Shown in pieces: positions 15,290 to 16,803 of a stretch of DNA of 16,803 nt. The notes beneath the pieces are model-generated. The model was not told the DNA's origin and did not search any database. It saw only the letters and a program-made list of their open reading frames with translations. Made by a program: the position numbers and the translations under genes. Source of the stretch: Candidatus Methylomirabilota bacterium (lineage in GTDB: Bacteria > Methylomirabilota > Methylomirabilia > Rokubacteriales > CSP1-6); assembly GCA_046726415.1 (NCBI GenBank), contig JBKPAK010000295.1, positions 1 through 16,803 of the forward strand, written 5' to 3'. Each line of letters begins with the position of its first letter. Within the stretch, counting starts at the first letter, position 1.

Positions 15290-16150
15290 ATGACCGCTCC
15301 CCCTGCCTTGCTCGCCCTGGCCGCCGCGCTGGGATTTGCCCTCGCGCGAACCGTCCTCAAGCGGGCGCTCCAGCATTCCACCCCCCTCACCGCCGTCGCC
15401 GTGTCGGTCCTGTTCACCGCGGCCTTCCTGACGGGCATCGCGGCCCTGACCGCTCCCCTCTCGCAGCTCGTGACTTGGCTGATGGCGCCATTCATCGCCG
15501 CTGGCCTCTTGGCCCCGGGGGTGGGCAGACTGCTCACCTATGTCGGCATCGATCGGCTGGGCGCGGCCCGGGCCTCGGCGGTGTCGGCGGCGGCGCCGCT
15601 GTTCGCCGTGGTCCTGGCGATTGTCCTGCTCGGTGAGCGGCCCTCGTGGAGCCTGCTCGTGGGCGCCGCCTGTATCGTCGGCGGTGGCATCCTGCTCTCA
15701 CAGCGCGACCGCACCAGCACGGCGTGGCGCCGCCGGGACCTCGTCTTCCCCGCGCTAGGAGCCCTGGCCTTCGCCTCGCGCGACATCGTCAGCCGGTGGG
15801 GATTGCGGAGCTTTCCCCATCCGAGCCTGGCCGCGGTGGCCGCCACCCTGACTTCGGTAGCGGTGATTCTTCTGTTCGGGCTACGCCAGCGCGGGCAGCT
15901 TCGCGCAGATCGGGCGGGCGTCGGACTCCTCCTCCTCTCGGGACTGTGCGAGGCGCTGGGCTCGCTCGCCCTGTGGAGCGCGCTCGGTGCAGGTGACGTC
16001 TCCGTGGTGACGCCGCTCGCGCACGCGCAGCCGATCTTCACCGTCATCTTGGCGGTGCTGTTTCTGCGCGACCTCGAGCAGGTGACGTGGCGCGTGGGCC
16101 TCGCCACCCTGGTCATGGTGGGCGGCGCCATCGCGGTCGTCCGCGGGTAG
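15290..16150 (+). CDS. DMT/EamA-family transporter
   Basis: 286 aa with about 10 hydrophobic segments in two repeats. Each repeat ends in a P-[LI]-F-x-V-x-LA...E motif (PLFAVVLAIVLLGE, PIFTVILAVLFLRDLE). Confidence 0.9.
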   Translation: MTAPPALLALAAALGFALARTVLKRALQHSTPLTAVAVSVLFTAAFLTGIAALTAPLSQLVTWLMAPFIAAGLLAPGVGRLLTYVGIDRLGAARASAVSAAAPLFAVVLAIVLLGERPSWSLLVGAACIVGGGILLSQRDRTSTAWRRRDLVFPALGALAFASRDIVSRWGLRSFPHPSLAAVAATLTSVAVILLFGLRQRGQLRADRAGVGLLLLSGLCEALGSLALWSALGAGDVSVVTPLAHAQPIFTVILAVLFLRDLEQVTWRVGLATLVMVGGAIAVVRG

Positions 16151-16154
16151 GCGT

Positions 16155-16647
16155 CTGCCATCGAGGGCCTCATCGACGGCGGCCAGCGGCGCCCTCGTGG
16201 CCCACCCCGGCCACATCCTGCGCGAACGCGAGTGGATTCTGAACAACGCCGGTGGCGCGATGGGCCACGTCCTCCTGTTGCACTCCTCGATCACCGAGTA
16301 CCTGATCGTCTTCGGCACCCCCATCGGGACCGCGGGCCACAGCGGGCGCTTCCTAGTCGAAGACTACTTCTACATCCTGGAGGGAGAGCAGTGCGCCTAT
16401 GCCGAGGGCGAGCTGGACCGGCAAGTATTCCGCCGCGGCGCCTGCCATGTCTTGCGGCGCGGCCGAGGGCTACCGGATGCCGGACCGCTGCTACGCCCTG
16501 GAGTACGCGCGCGGTCTGATCCCGGCCATGCTCCCCTTCGCCATGGCCGATACCCTGACCAGCACCCTGGACCTGCGCACCTTGGCGCGAACGCTCCGCC
16601 TCTACGGCAAGGCGGTGGTGCGCGAGTTGTTACAGGGCAAGGTCTAG
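16155..16647 (+). pseudogene. Frameshifted ERG2 / sigma-1 receptor family protein (sterol C-8 isomerase-like)
   Basis: ORF 16197 reads HPGHI..EWILNNAGGAMGHVLLLHSSITEYLIVFGTPIGTAGHSGRFLVEDYFYILEG..CHVLRRG. The frame of ORF 16399 continues AEGYRMPDRCYALEYARGLIPAMLPFAMADTLTSTLDLRTLARTLRLYGKAVVRELLQGKV*. Joined, they are colinear with yeast Erg2 and human SIGMAR1 as I recall those sequences. The frameshift is at about 16461-16464, and the 5' end is eroded. Confidence 0.88.
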
Positions 16648-16657
16648 TCGTTCACGC

Positions 16658-16803
16658 CTTGCCTACCTCGACTATCGCCGCAAGGCTGGCGGGTTCGGCC
16701 CGGTGATCCACCCCAGTGGCGACGTCGAGGCCGACTTCGAGCCCATGCGCGAGTTCTACCGCGAGATCACCCCGCGGCATCCGGCTTCGATGAGCCCTCT
16801 GCG
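16658..16803 (+). pseudogene. C-terminal remnant of a PlsC-like lysophospholipid acyltransferase (runs off the right edge)
   Basis: From 16658: LAYLDYRRKAGGFGPVIHPSGDVEADFEPMREFYREITPRHPASMSPL, matching the LDY..K..G.GP...P[ST]GD.EAD...R.FY C-terminus of short bacterial LPLATs. There is no in-frame start between TGA 16556-16558 and this segment, and the HxxxxD catalytic region is absent. Confidence 0.75.

Noticed and set aside
15290..16647. EamA-ERG2 fusion by stop read-through, or programmed frameshifting in the ERG2-like gene
   Set aside because: The ERG2 core is not in frame with EamA. There is no slippery sequence at 16461, and residues appear to be missing at the junction, which fits a deletion.

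Overview
Very GC-rich bacterial DNA; the gene content and intergenic hairpin style resemble Rokubacteria/Methylomirabilota, but that assignment is inference only. Almost everything is on the + strand. The intact core is a DinB-family protein, a complete PotABCD/AfuABC-like ABC transporter (permease, permease, Tat-exported binding protein, ATPase), an MBL-fold hydrolase, a translationally coupled hydantoinase/oxoprolinase A+B pair, a benzoylformate-decarboxylase-like ThDP enzyme, two tandem paralogous Tat-exported solute-binding proteins and an EamA/DMT transporter. This looks like an uptake and catabolism region for an unknown cyclic amide or amine. Decayed genes surround the core. On the left is a small amidase-partner gene apparently joined by deletion to a heavily frameshifted amidase C-terminus. 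In the middle is a broken repeat-protein gene behind a strong sigma70-like promoter. On the right is a frameshifted bacterial ERG2 (sterol C-8 isomerase)/sigma-1 receptor homolog, followed by a 5'-truncated PlsC-like acyltransferase that the ORF track misses. An 85-bp hairpin element is tandemly duplicated inside the ABC operon. The first 28 bp are probably the start of a minus-strand rhomboid protease. All family calls come from motif recognition by eye, with no database searches.
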